Assembly (NCBI GenBank): GCA_963804165.1
Contig: CAWDPO010000001.1
Coordinates: 64,001-128,000 of the forward strand
Direction: 5' to 3'
Length of the DNA: 64,000 nucleotides
Source: an uncultured delta proteobacterium
GTDB taxonomy: Bacteria > Desulfobacterota > Binatia > UBA9968
Position numbers and translations under genes: made by a program. The notes under the pieces were generated by a model. The model saw only the letters and a list, made by a program, of their open reading frames with translations. It was not told the DNA's origin and searched no databases. Each line of letters opens with the position of its first letter. Position 1 is the first letter of the stretch. Shown here piece after piece: positions 51,560 to 62,089 of this stretch.

Positions 51560-53620
51560 CTAGTTGGTGCGAGCGATGCCTAACTTTTTCATTCTCGACT
51601 GCAGCGTGGTTCGCTTTATGCCGAGCCGGACCGCGGCGCCCGTAGGTCCGCCGATGGTCCAGTTCGTTTCGGAGAGGGCGCGCATGATGTGGTCTCGTTC
51701 GGCGTGCTCCAGCGTCGCGAGACCGTTTGAAGATTCGAACACTGGGGTTTTCGTTCTTTGCTTTAACTCCGCCAGAGGAAACTGGAGCTCCGTACCGCGG
51801 GATAGAATCACCGCGCGCTCGATGAAGTTTTCGAGCTCGCGCACATTGCCGGGCCAGTGATATTCCGTCAGGGCGCTCATTGCCTTTGTCGGTATCGTAT
51901 CTATCGGCTTTTTCATCCGGCGCGCGTGCTTCTGCGCGAAATACCGCACCAGCAGCGGAATATCTTGCCTCCGCTCCCGTAGCGTCGGCAGGACGATCGG
52001 AAAAACGTTGAGCCGGTAGTAGAGGTCCCTGCGAAATTGATTCTCGGCCACCTTTTGCGCCAGATCGGCGTTGGTGGCGGCGACTAAACGAACGTCTACC
52101 CGGATCGTCCGCGCGCTACCGAGACGTTCGAATTCCTGCTCTTGCAGCACGCGGAGAAGCTTGGGCTGGAGGTCGAGGGAGATGTCGCCGACTTCGTCGA
52201 GGAAGAGCGTGCCTCGGTGCGCGAGCTCGAATCGCCCTTGGCGCTGGGCAATAGCCCCAGTAAAGGCACCCTTTTCGTGTCCGAATAGCTCGCTTTCGAG
52301 CAGGCCCGTCGGAATCGCAGCGCAGTTTACCTTGACCAGCGTGCGCTCGCGTCGGGCGCTCAAATGATGTATGGCGCGCGCGATCAATTCCTTGCCGGTG
52401 CCGGTCTCGCCCAAGATGAGAATCGTCGAATCGGTGGGCGCCACGGTCTGCAATTCTTTAAGAATCCCCTTCAACACGGGACTTTCACCGACGATCTCTT
52501 CAAAGTTGTACTCGGTGCGAATCTCATCTTGCAGGTAGAGCTTTTCTTCGCTCAGTTGATTGGCCCGCTCCACTTCCCTGCGATAGGCGAGCGAATTTTC
52601 GACCGCGATGGCGATCTGATTGGCGACGTTTCGCAGCAGTTCGGCATCGCGTTCCGGAAAATTCTCCTCGTGCAGACTGGCCACAACGAGCGTACCCAAA
52701 GGTCGGCCGTGAGAAATCAGGGGCAAGACGTAGCCCGACTTCAGCCCTTCGGCGAGGATACGCCGGGCAATGTCGGAGCCAAATTGTTCAATGTCGCTAC
52801 GGGTGATGAAAACCGGCCGACGCGTGGTCAAGGCCCGACCGGTCGGTGTCCCCTCGATGGGCACCGAAAGACCCTCTTGAATAAGCCCCTTGCTGATCGG
52901 GAAGTCTAAGGCGTGAATTTGCAGCCGCTGTGTTTCCGGATCGAAAAGAGACAGGCTGGCGTATTCATGTGGCACCAAGCGTCGCAGCGAGCCTGACACG
53001 GCGTTCAGCAACTCGTGCAAATCGAGCACCGAGACGATGGTATTATTTACTTCAAGCAGTATATTCAGACGGTCGCGTTCTTCCTTGAGTTGCTGCTGCA
53101 CCGATTGGGCTTCGGCAAAATTAAGCGCGTTATCCAAAGCGACCGCGACTTGCCGAGCTACCTGCTGCAGGAAGATGACGTCAATCTCAGAATAGGCTCC
53201 TTCAAGTCGGCTGCCGAAAGCCAGGGCTCCGAGTTTCCTGAGCGCTGTGGTCACTGGAACGACGCAGAGCGACGATACCCCGCGGCTGCATAGCCACTGC
53301 GCCACCTCAGGAAACCGCGTCTCGCTGCTAAGCTTTGCCGCCACCCACGGTTTTTGCGTATCCCGCACCCAACCGCCCGGGGTTTCCATCGGACAATCGC
53401 CGGGCGGACAAGTATACGCCGGGTCCGGCGTCTCCAGAACATGGGATTTCATCACCTGCCGCGTCGGTTCGTAGAGAATCAGATTGGCAAAGTCGAACTG
53501 CACGACATGATGCAGCCGCGGCGCAAGGTCTTTGAAGAGCTGGTCGAGATCGCGTTGCGACGCGATTCTTTCGGAAATTTCGAGCAAAGTTTGGAATTGG
53601 CTGTGCAAAAGATCCATCAT
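51560..53620 (-). CDS. FhlA-type sigma54 enhancer-binding protein (GAF-GAF-AAA-HTH)
   Basis: Two GAF domains; [23 protein letters not shown] and WPGNVREL; HTH GAAVRLG.KRTTL. Confidence 0.95.
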   Translation of the reverse strand: MMDLLHSQFQTLLEISERIASQRDLDQLFKDLAPRLHHVVQFDFANLILYEPTRQVMKSHVLETPDPAYTCPPGDCPMETPGGWVRDTQKPWVAAKLSSETRFPEVAQWLCSRGVSSLCVVPVTTALRKLGALAFGSRLEGAYSEIDVIFLQQVARQVAVALDNALNFAEAQSVQQQLKEERDRLNILLEVNNTIVSVLDLHELLNAVSGSLRRLVPHEYASLSLFDPETQRLQIHALDFPISKGLIQEGLSVPIEGTPTGRALTTRRPVFITRSDIEQFGSDIARRILAEGLKSGYVLPLISHGRPLGTLVVASLHEENFPERDAELLRNVANQIAIAVENSLAYRREVERANQLSEEKLYLQDEIRTEYNFEEIVGESPVLKGILKELQTVAPTDSTILILGETGTGKELIARAIHHLSARRERTLVKVNCAAIPTGLLESELFGHEKGAFTGAIAQRQGRFELAHRGTLFLDEVGDISLDLQPKLLRVLQEQEFERLGSARTIRVDVRLVAATNADLAQKVAENQFRRDLYYRLNVFPIVLPTLRERRQDIPLLVRYFAQKHARRMKKPIDTIPTKAMSALTEYHWPGNVRELENFIERAVILSRGTELQFPLAELKQRTKTPVFESSNGLATLEHAERDHIMRALSETNWTIGGPTGAAVRLGIKRTTLQSRMKKLGIARTN

Positions 53621-53978
53621 TTGGCACTCGCGGGAACTGAATTCTACGCGCCTAAGAGTATACGGCGACCGGCGCCGGATCAAGACGTCGGGCTCGATGA
53701 CCCCGTCAGATCGTCGCGACAGTTTGACCCATTCAAGGTCAATCATGGAAAACAATAATTCAGAAAAATTCTGGCAGTGGATTGCTCGTTCGAGTAATAT
53801 TTCATTGCGACATTCTTGCGTGGTTGAATGACACCTTGGGAGAACACCAGTATTTGATTTTGGTTGCGGGGCACCTTTGATCCTCCTCTGATTGGGCAGT
53901 CAGATTTAGAAGATCTTTCTCTCCAGCAGCTCGCCTCCGTTCCTTAAAAAAATCTGCAAACGTCGCAGGCTAGGAGTT

Positions 53979-55112
53979 ATGTTGAGATACCTGCGAATAT
54001 TGATCGTTATTGGCAGCCTCTGTCCGGGGCTGGCATGGGCCCAAACGCCGTGGTCAGATGTGCCTACAGACATCTTTCGCCCGACGAGCTTTTCACCGGA
54101 CAGTAACGACTATATGGAAGGGCTTCGCAAGGAATTCGACCCGCCGCTTATTAAACAAGCGTTTGCCCTCGATTTGGGCCCAAAAATCATTGAGCTGAAA
54201 GCGCTCTATATGGAGAGGCGCGAAGGTAGCAGTGCTCTGGCCGACTCTTTAAACGACCCGAACACATCCAAATGGGGGCGCTACTTCAACGTGCTCGCCA
54301 GCGGATCTCACTTCGACGGCAGATTGGTCGGCGAGGGCGAGCTGGCGTATAGCAGCCTCGGTAATCTGACTTTCAATGACCAGCGACCGATGATGTCACG
54401 ACTCATGCTCAGGGGGAATTTTGGCAATACCACTTTAGGCGCACTGCACCGAACCTTCGGAAGCGGTTTCATCCCGTTGAACGGCCCCGCAATTGACTAT
54501 GATCGCACGGAAAGCCAAATGTGGGGTGAATATAATTTTGGACTTTTTCGCTTAAAAGCAAGCGCCGGCCAGTTATGGGAAAGAAATGCCGTGACTAATG
54601 AATTCGCCTTAACAAAAACTGCCGCGACTTTCTTCAACCTGAGCCGACCGGGGTGGAACACAATCTTGTCATCAAGTTACTCGGTCATAGGCCGCGGCGA
54701 AGACGCCAGTCAGAAAAGCCTTGCCTTCGCTAATAGGGTATCCATCGCCTATCGTCCGCTCGCGATACTGACGATCGAACCCATACTAAATTTCAGTCAA
54801 GAATGGGACCGAGCGACCGGTTTTAAAACCGACACGCCGTCGGGAGGACTATCGCTGAATTGTAGTCCTTTTCTAAACGTACAGTTGACCGGACGCGCTG
54901 CATACGCCAAAGGCATGAGCGAGGATCCGCTGCGAGACACTTCGACCGTGAACACAGCGGCGATCGTGAATTGGAAAATCGGCAACTCCCCCTTTGGTGA
55001 ACAGTCTTTGTCGTTTCAAGTTGAATACCAAAACACGCTTCACTCCAATCCTGCGACTAAATTGCCGCCTGCTGTTACGGGCCTGGTTCAATTCAGGATG
55101 GCCGGTTTCTGA
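53979..55112 (+). CDS. Secreted, probable outer-membrane beta-barrel protein of unknown function
   Basis: Signal peptide (AWA|Q), alternating amphipathic strands, C-terminal Phe; RBS AGGAG. Confidence 0.6.
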   Translation: MLRYLRILIVIGSLCPGLAWAQTPWSDVPTDIFRPTSFSPDSNDYMEGLRKEFDPPLIKQAFALDLGPKIIELKALYMERREGSSALADSLNDPNTSKWGRYFNVLASGSHFDGRLVGEGELAYSSLGNLTFNDQRPMMSRLMLRGNFGNTTLGALHRTFGSGFIPLNGPAIDYDRTESQMWGEYNFGLFRLKASAGQLWERNAVTNEFALTKTAATFFNLSRPGWNTILSSSYSVIGRGEDASQKSLAFANRVSIAYRPLAILTIEPILNFSQEWDRATGFKTDTPSGGLSLNCSPFLNVQLTGRAAYAKGMSEDPLRDTSTVNTAAIVNWKIGNSPFGEQSLSFQVEYQNTLHSNPATKLPPAVTGLVQFRMAGF

Positions 55113-55227
55113 TCAGGCGACTCTCTCGACTGCCGCCAGTTGCATCGCCAAACTTCCGACTGATCCAGACGCTGCTAGTATTCTGATATTCTGACCCAGA
55201 AGTTTGTTGAATAAGTCATTGGTCTTG

Positions 55228-55490
55228 CCGTCATGCCGGCGCAGGGCGGCAGGGTATCCATATGTCTTTGAAATTTCTGGATTCCGGGTCGCGCTAGCTA
55301 ACGCCAGCTTGCCCGGAATGACGTTTGATTCATCTTGCGAACTTCTGGGACAGGACACTCCGGTTGCTGAGAAAGACCTCGCAATGCTTCGAGACTCTCA
55401 GCATGAATAGAAAATCATCGACGATTTCAATCTACTCCGTTCGTCCTGAGCCACGTCGAAGGACTCCGAGAGGGTTTTCCAGCAGCGTGC
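55228..55490. repeat. Two adjacent REPIN-like elements
   Basis: CGTCATGCCGGC...TCCA / TGGATTCCGG...CCGGAATGACG and CTTCGAGACTCTCAGCATGAA / TTCGTCCTGAG..GTCGAAG. Confidence 0.7.
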
Positions 55491-55516
55491 CAATTCCGCC
55501 GCGAGGAGCTTCGTTC

Positions 55517-55717
55517 TCATGTGGATTTAAGAACCGAACCCTTTTTCAGCCGTACTCGTCGCGACACTATCAAATCATTCAAAATGTAGGACACCAAGAT
55601 GTCAGCGTTCGCTGTGTTCTTCGCCAACGGATATACCGCATCGGACACCGCTACAATTAGATCACCTAAGGTCGTGTTTATGTGTTTTCTTCCATGCATG
55701 CTCACTATCTCCTTCAT
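55517..55717 (-). CDS. Small hypothetical protein (TTLGDLIVAV.D motif)
   Basis: 60-66 aa ORF, RBS AAGGAG before the Met at 55699; sigma54 promoter upstream. Confidence 0.6.
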   Translation of the reverse strand: MKEIVSMHGRKHINTTLGDLIVAVSDAVYPLAKNTANADILVSYILNDLIVSRRVRLKKGSVLKST

Positions 55718-55767
55718 TCACTTGGCTGACGTCAAAATTTTCAATACTCGTCGAGGCCCTTAAAGAC

Positions 55768-55783
55768 AGCAAGGGCTATGCCA
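55768..55783 (-). promoter_or_regulatory. Sigma54 promoter
   Basis: TGGCAT-AGCCC-TTGCT on the minus strand. Confidence 0.75.
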
Positions 55784-56259
55784 CGAGAAAAACTCACGCA
55801 TTATCCTGAAATTATTTTGAACGGCGCGAATTCGACGACCCGAACGATACTGCGAAGACCGACAAAGCGCATGATTTTTTCTTACAAACCCGCGAGGATT
55901 TTGCTCTCGGAAATAATTTTCATACAGTACGAGTCGAAATCTAAAGTCAGTAAATCGCGCGAGCTGATGATAATGTTCCTGAAGCGCCCGTGGTGTCTCC
56001 CGTACCAAGTAAAGCCAGCTTCGTGGTGACGGCGCGACTGTTTGCTTGCCCCTCTCCGAGCAAATTCACGAGATAGACTAGCGCTGCGAAAACGCGCGCG
56101 TTCCGGATCTACGGCGTAAACGCGGTTTAGACAGCTGCCATCCCATCTTCGTCTGATTTTTCCTAATTGGAGATGTCGACAATTCCTGACAAATATCTTG
56201 AAGATCGTCCCTCTGTCTTCTAAGTTCTTAGAAGCATGGGATTATGTATCGACCTAGGT

Positions 56260-56275
56260 TTGGCACGGGCTTTGT
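56260..56275 (+). promoter_or_regulatory. Sigma54 promoter (TTGT variant)
   Basis: TTGGCAC-GGGCT-TTGT. Confidence 0.55.
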
Positions 56276-56303
56276 ACTTGTTGTTCCGTGTGTGCAATTG
56301 ATT

Positions 56304-56528
56304 TCGTACGTCGACGACCGGACGATCACGACTTCTGTGAAAGCCAAACTGACCGCGAATAAAGTCGCGAATTTCACGCGGGTGGATGTCGACACGACAA
56401 ACAAAGGCGTCGCGCTCAACGGCATCGTCGAGTCCTCTGCCCAAAAAGCACGCGCGGAGGAACTCGCAATGCAAGTGAGCGGTGTTCGCAAAGTGGATAA
56501 CAATCTGCAAGTCCAGGCGCGCAACTGA
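56304..56528 (+). pseudogene. BON (OsmY-like) domain protein lacking its N-terminal signal/start
   Basis: YVDD.TIT..VKAKL, V.V.T..G.V.L.G.V and GVRKVDNNL motifs. Confidence 0.75.
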
Positions 56529-56606
56529 TAATCGTTTAGCGGCCGAGAGTCCTAAACTAAGCCGTAATTAAGCGATGATCAGCGAGCGCAGAAGGATGAT
56601 AGGACG

Positions 56607-56870
56607 ATGAAATCCAATAACGAGCTCGGCATATTTTACATGGTAGTCGGTATCGGCTTAGGCCTGATCGCGGGGCTTTTGTGCGCGCCGCGCCCGGGGC
56701 GAGAAACGCGAGATGAGCTTCGCCGCGGCGCGCTCGACGGCTTGGATTATGTGAGTGAAGAAGCGACCAAGGCTCGTGAGGGCGCCAATCGGTGGATCGG
56801 GAAAGTAAAGAATAACCTGTTTCACCGGCGGGATTCGGGCGCGGAATCCGCTGCCGGACCCTCGCTCTAA
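56607..56870 (+). CDS. YtxH domain-containing protein
   Basis: G.G.GLIAGLL.AP..G.ETR..L. Confidence 0.82.
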   Translation: MKSNNELGIFYMVVGIGLGLIAGLLCAPRPGRETRDELRRGALDGLDYVSEEATKAREGANRWIGKVKNNLFHRRDSGAESAAGPSL

Positions 56871-56965
56871 TAAACTCACAGACAACTTTTTTTCTAATCG
56901 AGTGCGTGCGCCTCGCGCCAGTATGGGACTCGACGTCTTGTCACGCGCGCCCGATAAACTACACC

Positions 56966-57115
56966 ATGCTCTTGACGATCTTTTTCATCATCATAATCCT
57001 GTGGTTGGCTGGAGTCGTCATGGCGTACACGCTGGGAGGATTGATTCATCTTCTGTTGCTTTTGGGTGTGATTATTTTGTTCATTGAATATCTCGAGCGA
57101 CGCAAAGTGATATAG
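56966..57115 (+). CDS. lmo0937-family (DUF5670) small membrane protein
   Basis: MLLTI..I..ILWL.G....YTLGGLIHLLL. Confidence 0.8.
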   Translation: MLLTIFFIIIILWLAGVVMAYTLGGLIHLLLLLGVIILFIEYLERRKVI

Positions 57116-57142
57116 AATAAATCTACCAGACAGTGTCCCCCG

Positions 57143-57557
57143 CTACGTGTCCGAAGTCTTCTGCTCATCCGCCGTATCCGATTTTGCAGTCTGAGCTCGT
57201 TCCTTTTCTTTGTAGAAACCGATGTTTCGGACTTTTAAAATAGCCAACAGTTCGGGGCGCTCGACCACGTCTTTGCTCAAAAGCAATTTCGCCAACTCTT
57301 TAAGGGCTTGGCGATGCGACGCCAGTGCGTCGCGCACCTTGTTGTGCGCGTCCACCAGTAATTTCTTTGATTTCGCCGTGGATGGCTTTTTCACCGACAA
57401 CGAGATTGGCGACCAAGCCCGTTTTAACCAACGCTTTGAACTGGCTGTAATTGATGGTTTCGATCTGCGGCGACGCGAGATAGGTCTGCAGGAGAAAAAG
57501 TAGGAGCAACGCGACGAAGAAATAGCCGATGGAAAACTGCTGGCGCCATTTGTCCAT
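57143..57557 (-). pseudogene. ftsH: FtsH remnant: N-terminus joined to C-terminus, AAA and M41 core deleted
   Basis: FSIGYF..TM..INYSQFK.LV..G.V fused at EIK to KLL..AH.KV...L..HR.AL.ELA..LL.K..V. Confidence 0.75.
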
Positions 57558-57755
57558 GGACACCCCCCGATACCGGGAAGTCTAACACCGGTTACTTAGC
57601 ACTTCGATATAACGTAAGCGTGCAAGACGAAAAAAAATCGGAATGGGTTGCTGCACTCCCGCTCTGTAACAGATCAACACAAAGCCGCGTGTTTGCTGTT
57701 TTCCGGCCCGACCACCGAATTCGCTGTAGCTCATTTCGCAAGAGGTATATCGCAC

Positions 57756-58625
57756 TCATTTCTTGTTCTTCGACCGTACGGATTTTGCTCCGCGTCGCGA
57801 TCTCTTAATTGCGCTCGGCGTTGTTGCTCGGATTACGTCTGCACCGGCTTTAGAAGCCTCCGACATAAAATTGCGAAAGTCTGACGCGGATGAAAATTCG
57901 GCATCGGCAATCAAGTACTCACGATAAAGGCTCCCGCCATCGGGCGCGACTGGAACCATGTCACGGTGAAGCAGCTTACCCTTCTTAAGGATTTCGACTT
58001 GGCTGCCGCCCGACTCAGCACTGGCCGGCGCGGAAGCACTTGGCTCCTGGCTCCGCCCAGTCATCAGATTAATAATCCGCTGTGATAAGTTGATCGGACT
58101 GCTCGTCACTCCCGGCTCTCGTTGGGTGTCCTTCTTCGTGCCCAGTGCAATGCTAAAATAGCCGTCATCGTCCGTTGTAGCGGAAAGCGCTGTGGCCCGG
58201 CCAGTCTTGCTGCCCGTAACGCGCACGGTCAAGCCCCCGAGCGGCACCAAATCGGTATTGGAAACAAAGCCGTGAAAGACTTCGTCGTTGCTGGCGACTG
58301 CGACGAGCGCACGCTGGATTCGCACTTGGCCGCGCCGGGCTGTGCTCCGCAGGAGATCGGCGTGATCAATCGATGTCTGCAAGGCAGCGACTCGCGGGTC
58401 TTTCTCGTCGCCGGACTTCAGCACCCTCTCGTGCTCGCGTCGCTGCGAAGCGGTAAAAGCATCGGACAGAATACTCATCAACCCAGCCAGCTCAACACCG
58501 GTACCCAGCGCCGCTTGACCCGCTGCATCCATGGGCGCTTCGATGAATTGCCGGCGCAGGTTTTCGGTTGACTGCGTGTCGGCAAAAAACTCAGGAAATC
58601 CTGTCTTTCGGGATTGGGTTGCCAT
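57756..58625 (-). CDS. Hypothetical protein with carboxypeptidase-regulatory/transthyretin-like segment
   Basis: HGFV....VPL.GLTV.V...TTDDDGYFSI; RBS AAGGAG; co-oriented after the DUF6519 gene. Confidence 0.6.
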   Translation of the reverse strand: MATQSRKTGFPEFFADTQSTENLRRQFIEAPMDAAGQAALGTGVELAGLMSILSDAFTASQRREHERVLKSGDEKDPRVAALQTSIDHADLLRSTARRGQVRIQRALVAVASNDEVFHGFVSNTDLVPLGGLTVRVTGSKTGRATALSATTDDDGYFSIALGTKKDTQREPGVTSSPINLSQRIINLMTGRSQEPSASAPASAESGGSQVEILKKGKLLHRDMVPVAPDGGSLYREYLIADAEFSSASDFRNFMSEASKAGADVIRATTPSAIKRSRRGAKSVRSKNKK

Positions 58626-58655
58626 GATACATGCTCCTTAAGATTGTCGGTGCAG

Positions 58656-61600
58656 TTAATCGTTTCCGAATCGGCCGCATTCCCCAGGACAGAACGCAGT
58701 CACCAGGGACAGGTTGTCTCTGAAAACACGCATGCCCGGTAGTAGGGCTTGCGCCATCAGACAGTGTGTCGCCTGGTTGTCGGTTGTTGTGTTCATACCA
58801 GCAACCGACAGAGCCGAGAACCCAGCATGCATCCAGGTCTCTGAAAAACGGTCGTCAGCCACGCGCACGCTGCCGCCCAGCAAAACTGCATCAGAGTAGA
58901 AGAACACGTTGGTCGTAGTAATCTCACACTGGTTGTCGGTCATGCCAAGGTCGTCGAGGGTAAAGACCAAAATCGAGCTGATTCCAAAGCCAAAAGGTTC
59001 GTCGATGAGATCGAGAGTGATCTGATTTTCCGTGAGCAGCGTTTTACCCGTCGCCCATTGGGATACCACCGGCGGCCAAAAAGACGGCGGTTTGCTCGGA
59101 TTGATCAGGCCAAACGACTTGGCAAGCTGACAGTACGATCCTGCAGGTAGTGCCATACCACCGACCGGGCCCTGAACCAACACGGCCAGCAAGCCGAGCG
59201 TCCATTCATTGCTGACGCCGAAGTTGCCGATCAGAACTGATGCCGCAAGCAAATCCAGGCCACGGCCGGTAGTGCCCTGGCTCACGAGACGGTTACGAGC
59301 CACCACCACTTGGTCCAAGCGCGAACAATGTGACGGCGCGGCCAAGCGGCGCGACAATGATATTGTCGCGTATCGAGCAGGCTGGAATTCCGTTGCGCAC
59401 TGAACGTCTGCTGACGTGCGTCAATGCATTCGAGCTTGACGCCGTCTCGATGACGGGCAAAACGATCCAGATGTGCACCCCGCCGCGCACTCCGTTCTGC
59501 GCGTTCGAAGATGTTGCTGCCTCCGTACGCGCTCCGTTGTTGAGTATGCGATTGTCGTCGAGTTGCAATCCCTCCACTACGATTGCAAAAACCCCGCAGA
59601 TAGGTTGAAGGTGGCTGGTGCCGTTGTTCACTATCTCGTTCCGAAGAATCCGTAGATCAATCACCTTCGCCAACGCAATGCCTCCGTATCCTACGAGAAA
59701 CTGCATGGCTTGACTAACCTGCGCCAAATCGCGCCGCATACACCGAGCAATCAAGTTGTCGGTCACGTGCAAACCATGCACGCCGATCATGTCGCCGCCG
59801 GTTGCGAGGTTGAAGAAGCGAACCACGCCAATACCGTTGATACCCATGTCGCTGATGTGATTATCGACAATCTCAATATCGTACAAGTCTCCCGCAGATT
59901 CAAAGCGAACATTTGTGCCGCCCGGATCGTCGTCGCCCAGATCAACGGGCCTGCACGGATCGCACGGATCTTCCGAGGTTGGTTTGTCGGGATTGTCGCC
60001 TGGATCGTTTGAACCAACGATCTGAATACTGCCCAACGTTACACCATTCCAGATGCCGCCTCGAATGATGTTGCGGACAATCCGAACCCGGTCGGAACCG
60101 CCTCCCAACTGAATGCCTCCACGAGTCGCGAAGCCGACTGTGACTGGATCCTGCGGCGTGTTGACGCCGGCCGGCGCAGCTACTGTGCCCAAAGCAGGGG
60201 GCACGGTCGGCTTTGGTGGTCCACCTTCACGCGGCAATACTTCGATTATGTTCGAGTCGATCAGCACATCGTCGCCGCGCGAAAAGATCGCTTGCCATAA
60301 AGTCGGCCGATCTCGCATCTGAATCAAACAACGCTGAACGGTGACGTGACGTGCATTACTGATTTGTACCGCGCTGCGTGGTCCCGACTCAATGGCCATG
60401 TCTTCAAGGGTTATGGCAGTCGAATTCGAAATCATGAATGCCGGTAGCGCCGTACCGTTCGCATCTACGGTGGCGCGAACCCTCGTCCTTGGCCCACAAC
60501 CGTGGATCTTTATCGCCACTCGCGCGTTGATAAGCACACTTTCGTTGTAAACACCTGCGAGTACACAAACCTCTCCCCCACTCGCCGGCAAAGCGTTTAT
60601 AGCGTCTTGAATCTTGGTGAAATTGCCATAACTGTGTGTGCCGTCACCAACGGTGAAAGTGCAGCAACCTTTTATGCGTGTAAGCGGCAAAAACGTAGGC
60701 CGGCAATCATCAAGTACTTCGACCGGCGCATCCGCGCTGGTCCAATGAATAATTCCCAGCGGCGCGATCCAACGTCTGATTCCGTGAGGCGACCGGCCGT
60801 GACTCAGCTCCCACGGAACGAATACGTTCGGTGTTTCCGGGCGCGCCGCGATGATCCAGAAATCGTTCGTTCGCAGGTTGGTACCGGCAAATGTAACCTG
60901 GATTCCGGTCTTCGCCAGAGAAACCGGCGTACCCGGCACGAAGTTGATCGCGGCAGGCGAAGCAGTGTCGCCGCCGCGGTTCCAAACGCGCATGTAGAAG
61001 TAGACCTCTTCCGGCGGATCTTCGTTGCTAATTGCCGTGTTGTCGCTACGAGCACTCCATCGTTGGCCAAAAGGCATAACGGGGGTTCCCGTATCGTTAC
61101 CCGGAGCCGTAACGATGTGTAGATCCTGCGTGTCAGGGTTGTAGCCACCGTCGACCTTTGCCATGAAGCCCGACAGCTCTGCGTTCTTCTGTCCATTAGA
61201 TAAGAGGGCAGACCACGGTAAGAGTTCTACGACCTGACCCTCGAGCGGATAGTGCGCCTGGTCTTTGGGCACGGTAAGCAGGTGTATGCGCCGCAAAGCT
61301 CCGGTGCTATCGGGCAGAAGTTTCACCCGATAAAGGGGCGCGCCATTATCGAATCCCCAGGTGAACTGATTAGCGCCGACAATTTGAACTCGGATCGCCT
61401 GGTTTTCTGCTCCCAAGATAACCACCGCTCACTGGCGGTGAGCAAAGATCGTCAGTGCCGGCTGTGCCGTCGGGCTCAACAGTGAGCGTCGCGTTGGGTA
61501 CCAACTCGAAGTCGCCATTGACGGTGCCTTCTGGGTTCAGCGAGGTCAGGAGCTGCGTCCAGGCAGCGGCGCAATCCACGTTGCCCACGTTTCTCAGCAC

Positions 61601-62078
61601 CCGGGCGCGGCGCATTGTGCGGATGCGCGCGGAAGTGTCGGCGCCTCCCAAAGCCGCTTCGAACAACTCTTTGTCTTCAACCGCCGACACCGGCTGCTGC
61701 CACACATCCAGCCAGACAAAGTCGAATTGCTGGGTCGTGGGCGCGGTTAGCGTCTCGCCCGGACGTGAACCCTGTTGTAACCAATCCTTCTGGAGGTTAA
61801 AGGGTTCGTCGCTCTCCAGTTCGAGACGAAGACCGCCGACGTAGAAGGTCCCGGCGCTCAATACCAGCTGACCAGCGACTGATTTTGAGACGGAATCCGT
61901 CGTCTGGGCTTCCGGCCGGGCCAATCACATCCACGCGCACACGACGCGCGTCTTCGGCATCGAGCCGCTCGGCCTCGTTGAAGTCGTCATCGGTCAGCAC
62001 CCGGCCTTGTTGCATGTGCACACGGTCGTAGTGTTTTCGGTCATCGGTTGCGTCTCGTGAGATGTCGATATTAGGCAT
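58656..62078 (-). CDS. DUF6519 domain protein with right-handed beta-helix (tail/fibre-like), 3 frameshifts
   Basis: DISR..D.RKHY..V.MQQGRVLTD.D.NE, G.FYVGG, WLDVWQ.PV.AVED..L...LGG.DT, GY.GAENQ..RV, D.W.IAARP and DCR..F.PL motifs, followed by beta-helix repeats. Confidence 0.8.
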
Positions 62079-62089
62079 AAGTCCTCGAT

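Noticed and set aside
51560-53755. Naming the activator fhlA and using the 53755 start
   Set aside because: No formate/hydrogenase context; the GAF domain begins near the Met at 53620
55480-55493. Minus-strand TTGGCAC motif
   Set aside because: No -12 element; it coincides with the end of a REP element
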